A DNA stretch of 64,000 bases, taken from contig CBDDEL010000016.1 in assembly GCA_965226885.1 (NCBI GenBank), forward strand, positions 416,001-480,000, written 5' to 3'. The notes beneath the pieces are model-generated. The model had not been told where the DNA came from and ran no database searches. It saw only the letters and a list, made by a program, of their open reading frames with translations. Each line of letters begins with the position of its first letter. Positions within the stretch are counted from its first letter, which is position 1. A program made the translations under genes and the position numbers. Positions 37,655 through 48,855 of the stretch are shown one piece after another. The DNA is from Opitutales bacterium (GTDB lineage: Bacteria > Verrucomicrobiota > Verrucomicrobiia > Opitutales > UBA2987).

Positions 37655-37918
37655 TTAAGAGCCATCCTGGGATCGCTTTGAGTATAAATACGCCCGAACC
37701 ATGCACCAAAGCCAGGTCACGCTCAAAACTTCAAGAATGCCTGTGAAGAGCGATTGAGGGTAAAGCAGCGTCAGGGCAAGGGGACCGGCGCACAAGCATC
37801 CCACAACTATTGCCAGGTTATTCCAACGCTCTGCTTTTGGGTTGCCCCGGAATCGATCAGTGAAAAAGTTAAGTCCGGAAAGCCGCATTCGATTCAGTAG
37901 AAACAAAATCAATTCCAA
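37655..37918 (-). CDS. Small membrane protein (start uncertain)
   Basis: Two hydrophobic segments; paralogous remnant at 35586-35670 supports coding status. Confidence 0.55.
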   Translation of the reverse strand: MELILFLLNRMRLSGLNFFTDRFRGNPKAERWNNLAIVVGCLCAGPLALTLLYPQSLFTGILEVLSVTWLWCMVRAYLYSKRSQDGS

Positions 37919-38022
37919 TGGTCAAGCCTTATCGGGATAGCCTACCGGATAGCCTGCCGAAATGGGATTCAACACAATCCCCAAGCAACCCTTGCCGCCC
38001 GTTCACTCGCGGTTCTGAAATT

Positions 38023-38520
38023 TCAGGAGCCTTTTTGCATTGCAGCCATTTTGCGGAAGATACCTGGCCCATGAATTTGACGAAGCATTTTCCGCCGGAG
38101 GGCCACAGCCAGTTTAAAGGCTTTTTCCTCCCCATATTTGCGGATGGAGAAAGAAGTTGTTTTCAGTACTCCGGGGGAAGGGCTCCAACTGACTGAGTAA
38201 GCTTCGCTTATTTTCCCGGATGGGCTTTTCTTTGCCGTGCGGCAGACTCCCAACACTCCTGTAGTATTGCGGGGATTATGAGAAACGATCTTCCGACCCC
38301 AGGGTTTGGTGGGAATTTGGGCCAGCTTTTCGTGAAGTTCATCCCGATACTGACGGGCTTCTTTCTGCGCCTTCCTTTTGCCTCCACATTTCAGATCACT
38401 GAAAAGTTTGGGGTAGGTTTTCCCATTTTTGTACCCCCTCACGAACCATCCGTGGGTTGAGCCTGAATCAATGCGGGTGATTCCTTTGTTTTTTGGATCT
38501 TTCCTTTTTCTTTTAACCAT
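38023..38520 (-). CDS. Double AP2-domain DNA-binding protein, paralog b
   Basis: 165 aa; 29 substitutions versus 35062-35559 by hand count (~82% identical). Confidence 0.75.
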   Translation of the reverse strand: MVKRKRKDPKNKGITRIDSGSTHGWFVRGYKNGKTYPKLFSDLKCGGKRKAQKEARQYRDELHEKLAQIPTKPWGRKIVSHNPRNTTGVLGVCRTAKKSPSGKISEAYSVSWSPSPGVLKTTSFSIRKYGEEKAFKLAVALRRKMLRQIHGPGIFRKMAAMQKGS

Positions 38521-38550
38521 AAGCCAAAGCCAAAAGCCTTACCAGTCTTT

Positions 38551-38740
38551 TTAAGCCTGCAAAAGCTCAGGCTTGTTCATTTTCCAGGCGGCAGCCCCAG
38601 CCAGCAGGGTCATCAATACGATCATGCCCCATTCATTCAGGGTTGGGATGGGCTGTGGCACAACGCCGGTAGCCCCTGCCAGGATGGGGGTGTCGGGCGT
38701 GTCTTCATATGCCCAGTCTATTATGCTAACCGAGGTGGCC
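38551..38740 (-). pseudogene. C-terminal fragment of an IPTL-CTERM sorting-domain protein
   Basis: TSVSIIDWAYEDTPDTPILAGA..IPTLNEWGMIVLMTLLAGAAAWKMNK; 5' part replaced by the dispersed repeat. Confidence 0.85.
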
Positions 38741-38743
38741 ATT

Positions 38744-38845
38744 CCAAAAAAAATTGCCAAATCATATTGAAAGCAAATATTTGGATCGAAATATTGGATA
38801 GTAGCTATTTTCAACGATAGTGAATGTTCATATGGTAAATCTCGG
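38744..38845. repeat. Dispersed AT-rich repeat, copy C (inverted relative to A/B/D)
   Basis: TTGCCAAATCATATTGAAAGC..TTGGATCGAAATATTGGATAGTAGCTATTTTCAACGATAGTGAATGTTCATATGGTAAATCTCGG. Confidence 0.85.
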
Positions 38846-38950
38846 TTAAATTCTGTGGACTTTTTGTTTCCTGAGAGCTATACAGAGTTACTTTACTTTT
38901 TCTCCACAGAGTTACTTTACTTTTTCTCCATTGTGCAATTTTTAGTTCTC

Positions 38951-39491
38951 ATGCGTCCGGAAATTACAGAAGAAAGCCATTGGTTCGCAGAAAACCTGCA
39001 GCCACATGAAGCCATGTTGCGGGCCTGGCTGCATAGTCGTTTTTCCAATGAGCACGATATAGACGATATCGTGCAGGAGGCATATTTCAAGGTCTTGAAA
39101 GCCCGAAAGACTACAAAGATCACTTCTCCCAAGGCTTTTCTTTTTGCCACTGCAAGAAATTTGGCTCTCGAAGGCATTAGAAAAAAATCGGTGCGCAGCG
39201 AACTTTCTTTGGTAGATTTGAACGAGTTTGACCTCTTGAATGATGAGGAGGACGTTAATGATGCCGTTGCTCGCTCCGAGGAACTTGAAATTTTGACCAG
39301 AGCCATACAGTCATTACCAACCCGTTGCCGCCAAATCATCACTTTGCGGAAGATATACGGCATGTCCCAAAAGGATATCGCCAAGGAACTTGGCATATCG
39401 GTGCATACGGTAGAAACTCAAGGAACTATAGGCATTCGGCATTCGCAAGCTCACAGAGTTTTTCGAGCGCTTGGAACGTCCAGCATACTAG
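38951..39491 (+). pseudogene. ECF RNA polymerase sigma factor, C-terminal frameshift
   Basis: DDIVQEAY, AFLFATARN, LPTRCRQIITLRKIYGMSQKDIA..LGIS..TVE; 7-bp duplication 39431-44; corrected end RKLTEFFERLERPAY* uses the TAG of the IS target. Confidence 0.88.
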
Positions 39492-42394
39492 CCCGGATAT
39501 TTCATGAAGGGTAAAGTTTGGCTCGTTATTGCTATTGGAGATGGATTTCTTTGTATTTTGAGCAGATCGTCTTGATTTTTAGGTGTTTTTCAGGGTGTAG
39601 AGACACTGCCCCCTTTCCCCCATTGGTTCGGTAGTGCCGGGGGCAGCACCAATGCACCCTTTAGGTTGGCACCAATCGGCGGGCCGCATGGTTGAAAAGA
39701 CTGGCCCAAGGATAACTCTCACTTAGGTGAAAGTGAATCGTTCGGGTGTTGCGCACGATGACCGCTCCGATCTTGATTAATTTGAGCCGCAGGGTGTGGC
39801 ATTGGGCCCGCGCCCACTTCGTCCCTTTTAAGGCTAACCGGCGCATGGCTTCCATCAAGGTGTAGGCCAGCGCCGACAAGAGCAATCGCCACTGATTGGC
39901 CCACCATTGATGGGCGCTGTGAAATGGACGGGGAAAACTGGACAGTGGAATAAGGTGGTCTTGAACCACTAAATCCGCTAACCTATGAATGTTATTAAAT
40001 CACGAAAGAGAAGACAATACAGTGCTGAGTTTAAAGCCCGAGTGGCCCTGGAAGCCATCAGGGGCGCTCATACCATCAACGAGATCGCCGGTCGTTTTGA
40101 GGTGCATCCCAACCAGGTGACCCAATGGAAGAAGCAGCTTTTGCAGGGAGCAACGGAGCTGTTTTCGCGCCAGCGGCAGACTCTCAGCAAGGACAACGAG
40201 ACGGAAAAAGATCACCTTTACCAGGAGATTGGAAAGCTGAAAGTAGAATGCGATTGGCTAAAAAAAAAGTCTGAACAATTCGGTTGGTGAGAGGCGCAAG
40301 ATGGTGCAACCACTTCAAGGAAAAATCAGTATCGGCAGGCAATGTCAGTTGCTGGGGCTGGCCCGCGGCAGCTATTACTATCGGGCCCGTGCCCAGTGCG
40401 AGCAGAACGTTCTCTACATGCATCGCATGGATGAGCTCTACACCCAATATCCGTTTTTTGGTTCTCGCCGGATGACCCAGTGGCTGCGTCGAGAGGGCCA
40501 TGCAGTGGGACGAGGCCGCATCCAGCGGCTCATGCGCCAAATGGGCCTGGAGGCTATTTATCCGCGTCGAAACTTGAGCCAGGGGCACCGGCAGCACCGC
40601 ATTTTCCCTTATCTGCTGCGGGGTTTGGCGGTCGAGCGGCCCGACCAGGTATGGTGCAGCGACATCACTTACCTGCGGCTGAGCCGAGGATTCCTTTTCT
40701 TGACCGTGGTGTTGGACTGGTTCAGCCGCTACGTGTTGAGCTGGCAGCTTTCCAACACCCTGGAGAGCCGCTTCTGTGTGCTCGCCCTGGAGGAAGCTCT
40801 GAGGCGGGCCCAACCTCAAATCTTCAACACCGATCAAGGCAGCCAGTTTACCGGCAGCGAGTTCACCTCGGTGCTGGGGCAAGCCGGGGTGCGCATCAGC
40901 ATGGACGGGCGTGGCCGCTACCTGGACAACATATTTGTTGAACGCTTTTGGAGAACCCTCAAGTATGAAGACATTTACCTGCGCGAATACGCCACGGCAA
41001 AGGAAGCCAGCGAAGGGATAGCCCGCTACCTGGACTTCTACAACCACCTGCGCCCCCACCAAGCCCTGGGCTACCGGACCCCGGCCGAAGTCCATGCAAT
41101 CGGAGCAAAACCACCCTCCCCGCCAATACAGCTTGCGGGCACCTGCGTGCCCGTCTTTGGCTAAGGACAAAATATATTTTTAAAAAATAATATGAACACG
41201 ATTTCCACCTTAATCCCACGTCAAAATTGTCCAAACAACCCCGTCCACTTCACTGGTGCGCTCGCTGAACAATTGCATCTGTTCCTTGATTCGGTTCTCC
41301 ATTTCACCGCGGCCACAGTATACCTTGTCGTAAAGCTCCTGGGGATCGCCCGGCAGGTTCGTCACCACGAAGCGCGGGTTGGACCCCTGTGCGGTGTGTT
41401 CGGCTTTATGGATGACCAACCGCAGCCATCGCCACGAATCGGCAGCATAGACGAAGTCCTGGAATAACCGTTGTTTTTTACCCCTTAGTTCGAACCATTC
41501 TTTGGCCTGCTTTTGCAACTGCTGGGCGTCTTGCTGCAAGCGTGCATTGCGAGCCATCCCCACGATGTAACTAACTTCGTTGCGGTCGCACCAAGAGAGT
41601 ATCCGGTCTCGACAAAATCCACTGTCGGCGCGCCAAATAATCCGCGTACGGGGCCAGCTTTGGCGAATCCGTTTAACCAGCAATTTGAGGATGGCCCCGG
41701 CATGCTTGCTGGCATCGATCTTGCTCGGCCGCAGGTAGGCCACCAGCAGCTGATCACCGCAAAAAACATATAGCGGCAGAAAACAGTAATGATCATAATA
41801 ACCGTGGAAAAAACGTCCCTCCTGGAGCCCGTGCACCGGAGTGTCGGTGGCGTCAAAGTCCAGGATGATCTCTTCGGGTTCCTCGGCAAAGGAGCCCATG
41901 AACTGTTCGACCAACAGCTCGTTTACCGCAAAGGCCGCCCGCCGATCCTGCCCGTTTTCAAAACGACACAAAGTCGGCGCGCTGGCCAACGTTTCAATGC
42001 GCCCCGTTACCGTTTGCAACAATGGATCGTGGCGCAGGGTATCAAAGTCGTTCAAATCCTCATAGCCCGCCACCAGCCCGTAAACGCGCTGCCGCAGCAT
42101 CCCCAATACCTCATGGCGTACTTTGCCCTTCTGCCGTTTGTCCACTAACTGTCGGGCCGCTCGTTCGGTCAAGCCCAACTGCCGATCCACTTCCCGGATC
42201 AAAAGCAGTCCGGCATCCGAAGTAACCTCTCCGCCCTTGAAATCAACCCGCACACGGCGGCCTTTTACCCTTGTCAACTGTAGCTTTAATTGTTTACCTT
42301 TTGTCATCGCTGATATTGCTTTAATTATTGATCTATCCTGCTGTATATCAGCAGTTAAGCATATCAACGATACTTTTTTTACGAAATATCCGGG
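39492..42394 (-). mobile_element. IS1380 copy 5, interrupted by IS3-A
   Basis: Both IRs, CTAG TSD (39488-91, 42395-98). Confidence 0.93.
39920..41252 (+). mobile_element. IS3-family element A, copy 4
   Basis: 1333 bp, TSD CTG. Confidence 0.95.
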
Positions 42395-42403
42395 CTAGCC
42401 ATC

Positions 42404-43193
42404 GTGAATGATCCTAGCAAAGAGAATTCGTCCTGCCGTGAAGGCGAGGAAGAGGCCGCAGCCTGGATTTGGAAGCTGGATCGAGGCCTGTCTGCAAAGG
42501 AGCAGGACGTGTTTTTCGACTGGCTTTCGCAGAGTTCTGAGAATGCCGCACTGCTGGCGCGGCAACGCCGCCAATGGAAACGGCTAGACAAACTTTCCGC
42601 ATGGCGACCGGAACATAATGATCGGCCCAATCCCGATTTACTGGCTCCGCCCAGGGAAAAGTGGGTTCGGTGGGTTCGGCGCTATTCTCCCGTATCCCTC
42701 GCGGCGGCTGCAGTGCTTCTTCTTTCCCTCATCCTTTGGAACTACGATCCGTCGATCACGAAGGATAATCCAATCGATACTTTAGCCGCAAAACCGGAAA
42801 ATCGCGTTCTTCTGGATGATGGTTCCACAATCAAATTGAATAACCATGCCGAAGTGACCGTTCTTTTCTCTTCTGCTGAACGGCGCGTCCGACTCGACCA
42901 AGGAGAGGCTTTTTTCATGGTAGCCGAGGATGTGGATCGACCCTTTGTGGTCGAGGTTTGGGGGATCGAATTGAGTGCGGTGGGTACGGCTTTCAACGTG
43001 GTGCGTTTGGACATGGGAGCCGTTGAAATCCTGGTTGCGGACGGCCTAGTCAAAATTACCTCCTCACTCACTCCAGAGGAGAGCCTAATGGAAGTCGGGC
43101 ATCGTTTTGAACCTCTTCTTGAGGCAAATCAGCGCGCTTTGATTACTTTGTCAGTTCAAGAGGAATCACCTCAAATAGCCACTTTGACGAAAC
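42404..43193 (+). pseudogene. FecR-family anti-sigma factor, 3'-truncated
   Basis: EAAAW..F.DWL, LDDGSTIKLN, RRVRL..GEAFF.VA.D..RPFVV..AVGTAFNV; cut by IS407-group element. Confidence 0.9.
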
Positions 43194-44478
43194 TGATGTG
43201 ACCGCCGAAAACACTACCATTGCCAGTGAGAGTCTTTCTGGAGAAATTACCGGAAAGACCTATGAAGCAAAAAAGATACACCCCTGAACAAATCATAACG
43301 ATACTGCGCGAAGTAGACGCAGGCAAAGGCATTCAGGATGTCTGTCGGTCCCACAATATCAGTCCTCAAAGCTACCATCGTTGGCGTAAAAAGTATGGCC
43401 GCATGGAGCTGCGTGACGCCAAGCGGCTGAAGGAGCTGGAGCGCGAGAACACACAGCTTAAGAAGATTGTAGCCGAGCAGATGCTGGAGAACCGTGTGCT
43501 CAAGGAGGTGAACGCAAAAAAATGGTAGGCCCGAAGCAGAAAAAGGAAGCGGTGAAGCATGTATTGGCCCAAGGGTCGTGCTCGCTGCGTCGGGCCTGTC
43601 AGTATTTTGGGTTGCACCGCTCAACCTACCTGTATGAACCCAAGAAAGCTACTGAGTATAGGCATAAACTGGTGGCACGCATCATTGCCTTTTCGAAGAA
43701 GCATCCGCGCTATGGCTATCGTCGGATCCGCGCTTTGTTGACCCATGAAGGTTGGCCCGTGAGTCGCAAATTCGTCCAAAAAGTGCGTCGTTTCGAAGGA
43801 CTGGGTGTGCGGCCGTCTGGCAAGCGCCGTCGCCGGCAGGGCCAATCCACGGCTACCCCGACCCGAGCAGTGCAGCCCAACCATGTGTGGAGTTGGGACT
43901 TCGTGGCGGATCGCACCGACCGGGGCGGTCCGCTCAGGCTCTTGACACTGATCGATGAACATACCCGTCAATGCCTGGCCATTAAGGTTGCGCGCTCACT
44001 GAAAAGTGCCGATGTGGTAGAGGTATTGAACGATGCCATAAGAGAGAACGGCAAACCTCAGTGCATCCGCTCGGACAACGGATCGGAGTTTATAGCCCAC
44101 CAAGTCAAAGAAGAACTGCAGCGACAGGAAATTGCCATCGCATACATTGATCCAGGAAGCCCTTGGCAGAATGGACATATAGAATCCTTTCATAATCGTT
44201 TGCGCGATGAATGCCTTAATCAGGAACTGTTCCTGAGCGTGACCGAAGCGCGTGTGGTGGTCGAACAATGGCGACACAAATACAACGCGAAACACCCCCA
44301 CAGCCGATTAGGCTTTCTCTCCCCAAATACATTTGCCAGACTCTGGCGAACAATCAACAAAGCAGCGGCTGGCTCCATTCGGCCTACGGCCTCATTGCGC
44401 CACCCGCTGCAAAACCTACAATACCAAACCTACGGAAATACTCTCACTTAAAGTGGTAGCAAAGATGGGGTCCGATCA
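43194..44478 (+). mobile_element. IS3-family IS407-group element (orfA 43262-43528, orfB 43522-44451)
   Basis: MKQKRYTPEQII.IL.E, WSWDFV.D, RSDNGSEF, PGSPWQNG.IESF; imperfect IR TGATGTGACC../..GGTCCGATCA. Confidence 0.92.
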
Positions 44479-44542
44479 CCTACAATACCAAAACTACGGA
44501 AATACTCTCACTTAAAGTGGTAGCAAAGATGGGGTCCGATCA
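44479..44542 (+). repeat. Second tandem copy of the 64-bp IS407-group right end
   Basis: Repeats 44415-44478 but carries the ACCAAAACTA variant seen at ~19650. Confidence 0.85.
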
Positions 44543-44650
44543 GGTAGTTTGGAAATATTAACATACCAAATCGACTTGATGCAAATTCGTTTATAGGAAA
44601 GTCCGGACTTGACCGTAAGTTTTCGCTCTGTAGGTTGTTTGTAAGAGGCT

Positions 44651-45439
44651 ATGAAAGCACCAAATGCTCGCAATTTCGATACGAATATGACTACCGAGTT
44701 TGTCACAGAGTCCGACTGGATTCCCAACTTTTAGAACTTTTGGAACTCTTTGCTTGGATTCAATCGGAATGACTTGATCGCCGAATTGGTTCAGAACGAT
44801 CTCGACCAGCGTGCAACGCAGACTGTGATTTCATTCGAACCCCACTGTATAGTGAGTGAAGGAGACGGAAATCCTGTCGATAGCGATGGCTGGAGCCGGC
44901 TGCGAATGATCTGCGGAGCCGGAAAAATAGTTCCGCGAAAGCGAGGCAAGATCGGAGTAAAAAACCAAGGATTGAAAACGGCGTTCACGCTTGGTGATGA
45001 AATTCGTGTTTTGTCTGATGGCCGAACGATTACTCAGACGTTGTACGCCCTGGGTCAGAACAAGTCGCCTTATCCGGGTGCATCTCCAGAACCAACACAT
45101 GATCCGAATGCTCCAATCAATGGATGTCGGATTATTGTGAGCTACCGTGTTAAAAATCTTGAGCCGAAGGATGGCGAGCCTATCGTTTTCGGAAGGGTTG
45201 AGACAGATGACGTTGACTGCTTGTTTAGGTCTAGTTGTGCGGACATACCAGAACAGTTCATCGGAATCGTCTCGCCGGAAGTGACACCACGATACGAGAT
45301 CGTGCTTCGACATTGGCGGCATGGAGAGGCCCGCTTCAAGTTTTCATGCACACGCCCGCGCAAAGTTGGTAGAAATATTGTAATCTTTCGGAGGCGGTGT
45401 TTAGTAAACGGAAGCGCCGATTCCTTAGCTCCATATTTG
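44651..45439 (+). pseudogene. Sacsin-like/GHKL ATPase N-terminal fragment
   Basis: LIAELVQNDLD, GDG, KIGVKNQGLKTAF..GD.I.V.S; in-frame TAG at 44732; truncated by IS1. Confidence 0.65.
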
Positions 45440-46235
45440 GGTAGTGTTAACATGACGAATGTTTGATATTGCTGTTGTATTCCCAGATGAACAAGCACAG
45501 GACGCGAAAATGCATGACCAAAGACTTCGAGAATGACAGCGTTTTACGCACATAGCGTGACAGGGACTGTCGCAAGGTATTGTTCCAGCGTTCGATATGG
45601 GCGGTTTGGCCGGATTGTTTCCCGCTGGCGCTGTTGTGAGGGAAAACCTTGTCGTAGCTTTCCCAGTAATCGCTTACGGTGGCACAGTCGCGATAGGGCT
45701 GGGCGATGTTGTGATACAACTGCCAGCACGTTTGATCGCTACGATCACCCAGAGAAAACCCGACGACCTGTCGGGTACGTCGACACAAGGCTACCCATAG
45801 CCATACCTGCCCCGAACGCTTATCGCCCCAGAATGACCACACCTCGTCCAGTTCCAGCACATCACTACACTGGCGGGCAAGCAGAGTGGACTCCAGCTTC
45901 GGCAAACTCAGGACTTTTTTTTAATCCATTCGATGACCGTCTTTGGGGCTACCCCGAAGGTACGGTAAATGGCACGCAGGCTCATCCGGCTTTGGTGCGC
46001 ACGGAGCACCTGCTTGACCAGCGCCGGAGGATGCTCACGACTTTTGGGGTGAAGCCGAAACTGATAACCACACCCCTTGCATCGATACTTCTGAACCCCT
46101 TTCGGATCCTTGCCGTGCTTGATGATGTGATCGCTTCCGCATTGAGGACATTTTACTGTGATATGGACCATTCCCAGTTCACAACATAATCACGCTAAAA
46201 AGTACAGCTTAAACATTCAAAATGTTAACACTACC
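45440..46235 (-). mobile_element. IS1-family element B (insA 45908-46171, insB 45447-45905)
   Basis: Ends GGTAGTGTTAACAT/ATGTTAACACTACC; CPQCGS..YRCKGC; ELDEVWSF, HIERWNNTLR; no matching TSD. Confidence 0.92.
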
Positions 46236-46240
46236 GATTA

Positions 46241-48422
46241 ATGATGGAAAAGCCAGCAGTTAAGAAAATCGTAGATTTAAAGGACAAGCTCGAGGCCTAC
46301 CGGGCATCGGCCCTTGCAGCAGGAAGAGGCAGAAGCCCGGCAAGGACTGGGAATCTTGCTCTAGCCAGTGCCGCAGCCGGAGGGGCCGCCTTGGCCATCG
46401 CCCCTGCGGCTGAAGCCGTTATACAGTACAGTGGCCCGCAGAATATTACTGTTGCAGCAGCCACCCCTTCCGGGACGACGACCTATAACATCAATATGGA
46501 CGGTGATGGCTTTAATGATTTTGGAATAAGACAACTCTGAAATGGACGGGGAAAACTGGACAGTGGAATAAGGTGGTCTTGAACCACTAAATCCGCTAAC
46601 CTATGAATGTTATTAAATCACGAAAGAGAAGACAATACAGTGCTGAGTTTAAAGCCCGAGTGGCCCTGGAAGCCATCAGGGGCGCTCATACCATCAACGA
46701 GATCGCCGGTCGTTTTGAGGTGCATCCCAACCAGGTGACCCAATGGAAGAAGCAGCTTTTGCAGGGAGCAACGGAGCTGTTTTCGCGCCAGCGGCAGACT
46801 CTCAGCAAGGACAACGAGACGGAAAAAGATCACCTTTACCAGGAGATTGGAAAGCTGAAAGTAGAATGCGATTGGCTAAAAAAAAAGTCTGAACAATTCG
46901 GTTGGTGAGAGGCGCAAGATGGTGCAACCACTTCAAGGAAAAATCAGTATCGGCAGGCAATGTCAGTTGCTGGGGCTGGCCCGCGGCAGCTATTACTATC
47001 GGGCCCGTGCCCAGTGCGAGCAGAACGTTCTCTACATGCATCGCATGGATGAGCTCTACACCCAATATCCGTTTTTTGGTTCTCGCCGGATGACCCAGTG
47101 GCTGCGTCGAGAGGGCCATGCAGTGGGACGAGGCCGCATCCAGCGGCTCATGCGCCAAATGGGCCTGGAGGCTATTTATCCGCGTCGAAACTTGAGCCAG
47201 GGGCACCGGCAGCACCGCATTTTCCCTTATCTGCTGCGGGGTTTGGCGGTCGAGCGGCCCGACCAGGTATGGTGCAGCGACATCACTTACCTGCGGCTGA
47301 GCCGAGGATTCCTTTTCTTGACCGTGGTGTTGGACTGGTTCAGCCGCTACGTGTTGAGCTGGCAGCTTTCCAACACCCTGGAGAGCCGCTTCTGTGTGCT
47401 CGCCCTGGAGGAAGCTCTGAGGCGGGCCCAACCTCAAATCTTCAACACCGATCAAGGCAGCCAGTTTACCGGCAGCGAGTTCACCTCGGTGCTGGGGCAA
47501 GCCGGGGTGCGCATCAGCATGGACGGGCGTGGCCGCTACCTGGACAACATATTTGTTGAACGCTTTTGGAGAACCCTCAAGTATGAAGACATTTACCTGC
47601 GCGAATACGCCACGGCAAAGGAAGCCAGCGAAGGGATAGCCCGCTACCTGGACTTCTACAACCACCTGCGCCCCCACCAAGCCCTGGGCTACCGGACCCC
47701 GGCCGAAGTCCATGCAATCGGAGCAAAACCAACCTCCCCGCCAATACAGCTTGCGGGCACCTGCGTGCCCGTCTTTGGCTAAGGACAAAATATATTTTTA
47801 AAAAATAATATGAACACGATTTCCACCTTAATCCCACGTCAAAATTGTCCAAACAACCCCGTCCACTTCACTCAATAGCATATACACTACCATTACAAAC
47901 GGTACCCCCACCTTCCCCATCCATACAGCTGGCATCGATGCACTGAAATATGGCTTCCCAGGAACTTACGCGAGCCTCATTGCCACCGGTTCAGGCAGCG
48001 GATATCCCGTGCCCTTGAACGCAACACCAAACTACAATATTTCCAACTCCCTTACTGGGACCGAGGCTGGAACCTGGGATAGTCAAAACGGGTCATACGC
48101 GTATTTTTTTCTTGGCGATAATACTGATGGCCCTTTCCCCGGTGCGGGAAACAAATACATCGGCGTTCGGTTTACGAATGAAGATGGCGAGCACTTCGGT
48201 TGGATTCAGCTCAACGTTAACGCAAACAGCACCTCGGTAGAAATCATCGACTGGGCCTGGGAAAAAGTGCCGGGAGAACCCATCCTGGCAGGGGCGACAA
48301 CCGGCGGTGCTGCGAATCAGGTCATCCCCACACTAAGCGAATGGGCCATCATCGTCTTGATGACCCTGCTGGCTGGCGCTGCCGCCTGGAAAATGAACAA
48401 GCCTGAGCTTCTGCAAGCCTGA
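46241..48422 (+). pseudogene. IPTL-CTERM surface protein interrupted by IS3-A
   Basis: Removing the IS and one CTC gives a continuous ~281-aa ORF with signal-like AAEA site, YIGVRF..HFGWI..IIDWAWE and IPTLSEWAIIVLMTLLAGAAAWKMNK. Confidence 0.88.
46538..47870 (+). mobile_element. IS3-family element A, copy 5
   Basis: 1333 bp, TSD CTC. Confidence 0.95.
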
Positions 48423-48560
48423 GCCTGAGAAATTCGATTCTTGGCACGAATTAGGCGCAACTCGAACTTGCTTGCAGTCCGGCCTGAATTGCCGCCTTCG
48501 CTTCTGTATTTCCCGTTATTGAATTGAAAGTATTGTCAGGCCAACGGAAAAGTTAGAGGC

Positions 48561-48855
48561 GTGGAATATACCTACAGTGGCTATCGAATCTTGTGCGTTT
48601 ACGGCCAGGTCGATTCTGAACTCGCTCAAGAATTGGTTGACTTTTGGATGGGCATCCAGGGCTTGATGAATCTTCGAGAGGCGAGAGCGCGGGTTTCCCA
48701 GGTTGCCTCAATTGCCAGAAATAAGGCTGGGCGGCTTGCCGGTGTGTCAACGGTTTACCCATTCATGCTAAATCCCGGCCAGCAATACTATACCTACAGA
48801 ATGTTTGTCCAGCCGGCCGATCGCGTGTCAGGTATGGCGCGGTTTATGGAAAGGA
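48561..48855 (+). pseudogene. Hypothetical protein, 3'-truncated by IS21
   Basis: GTG start after AGAGG; ORF ends in the IS21 terminus. Confidence 0.55.

Noticed and set aside
30545..38814. Integron cassette array (co-oriented accessory genes with intergenic repeats)
   Set aside because: No intI and no consistent RYYYAAC..GTTRRRY attC structure; only copy C is followed by a GTTAAAT.
31529..38845. CRISPR array
   Set aside because: Repeats are kilobases apart, too long, and no cas genes are visible.
48440..48500. Imperfect hairpin or sigma54-like TTGGCACG after the IPTL gene
   Set aside because: No properly spaced -12 TTGC and no U-tract; too weak to call.
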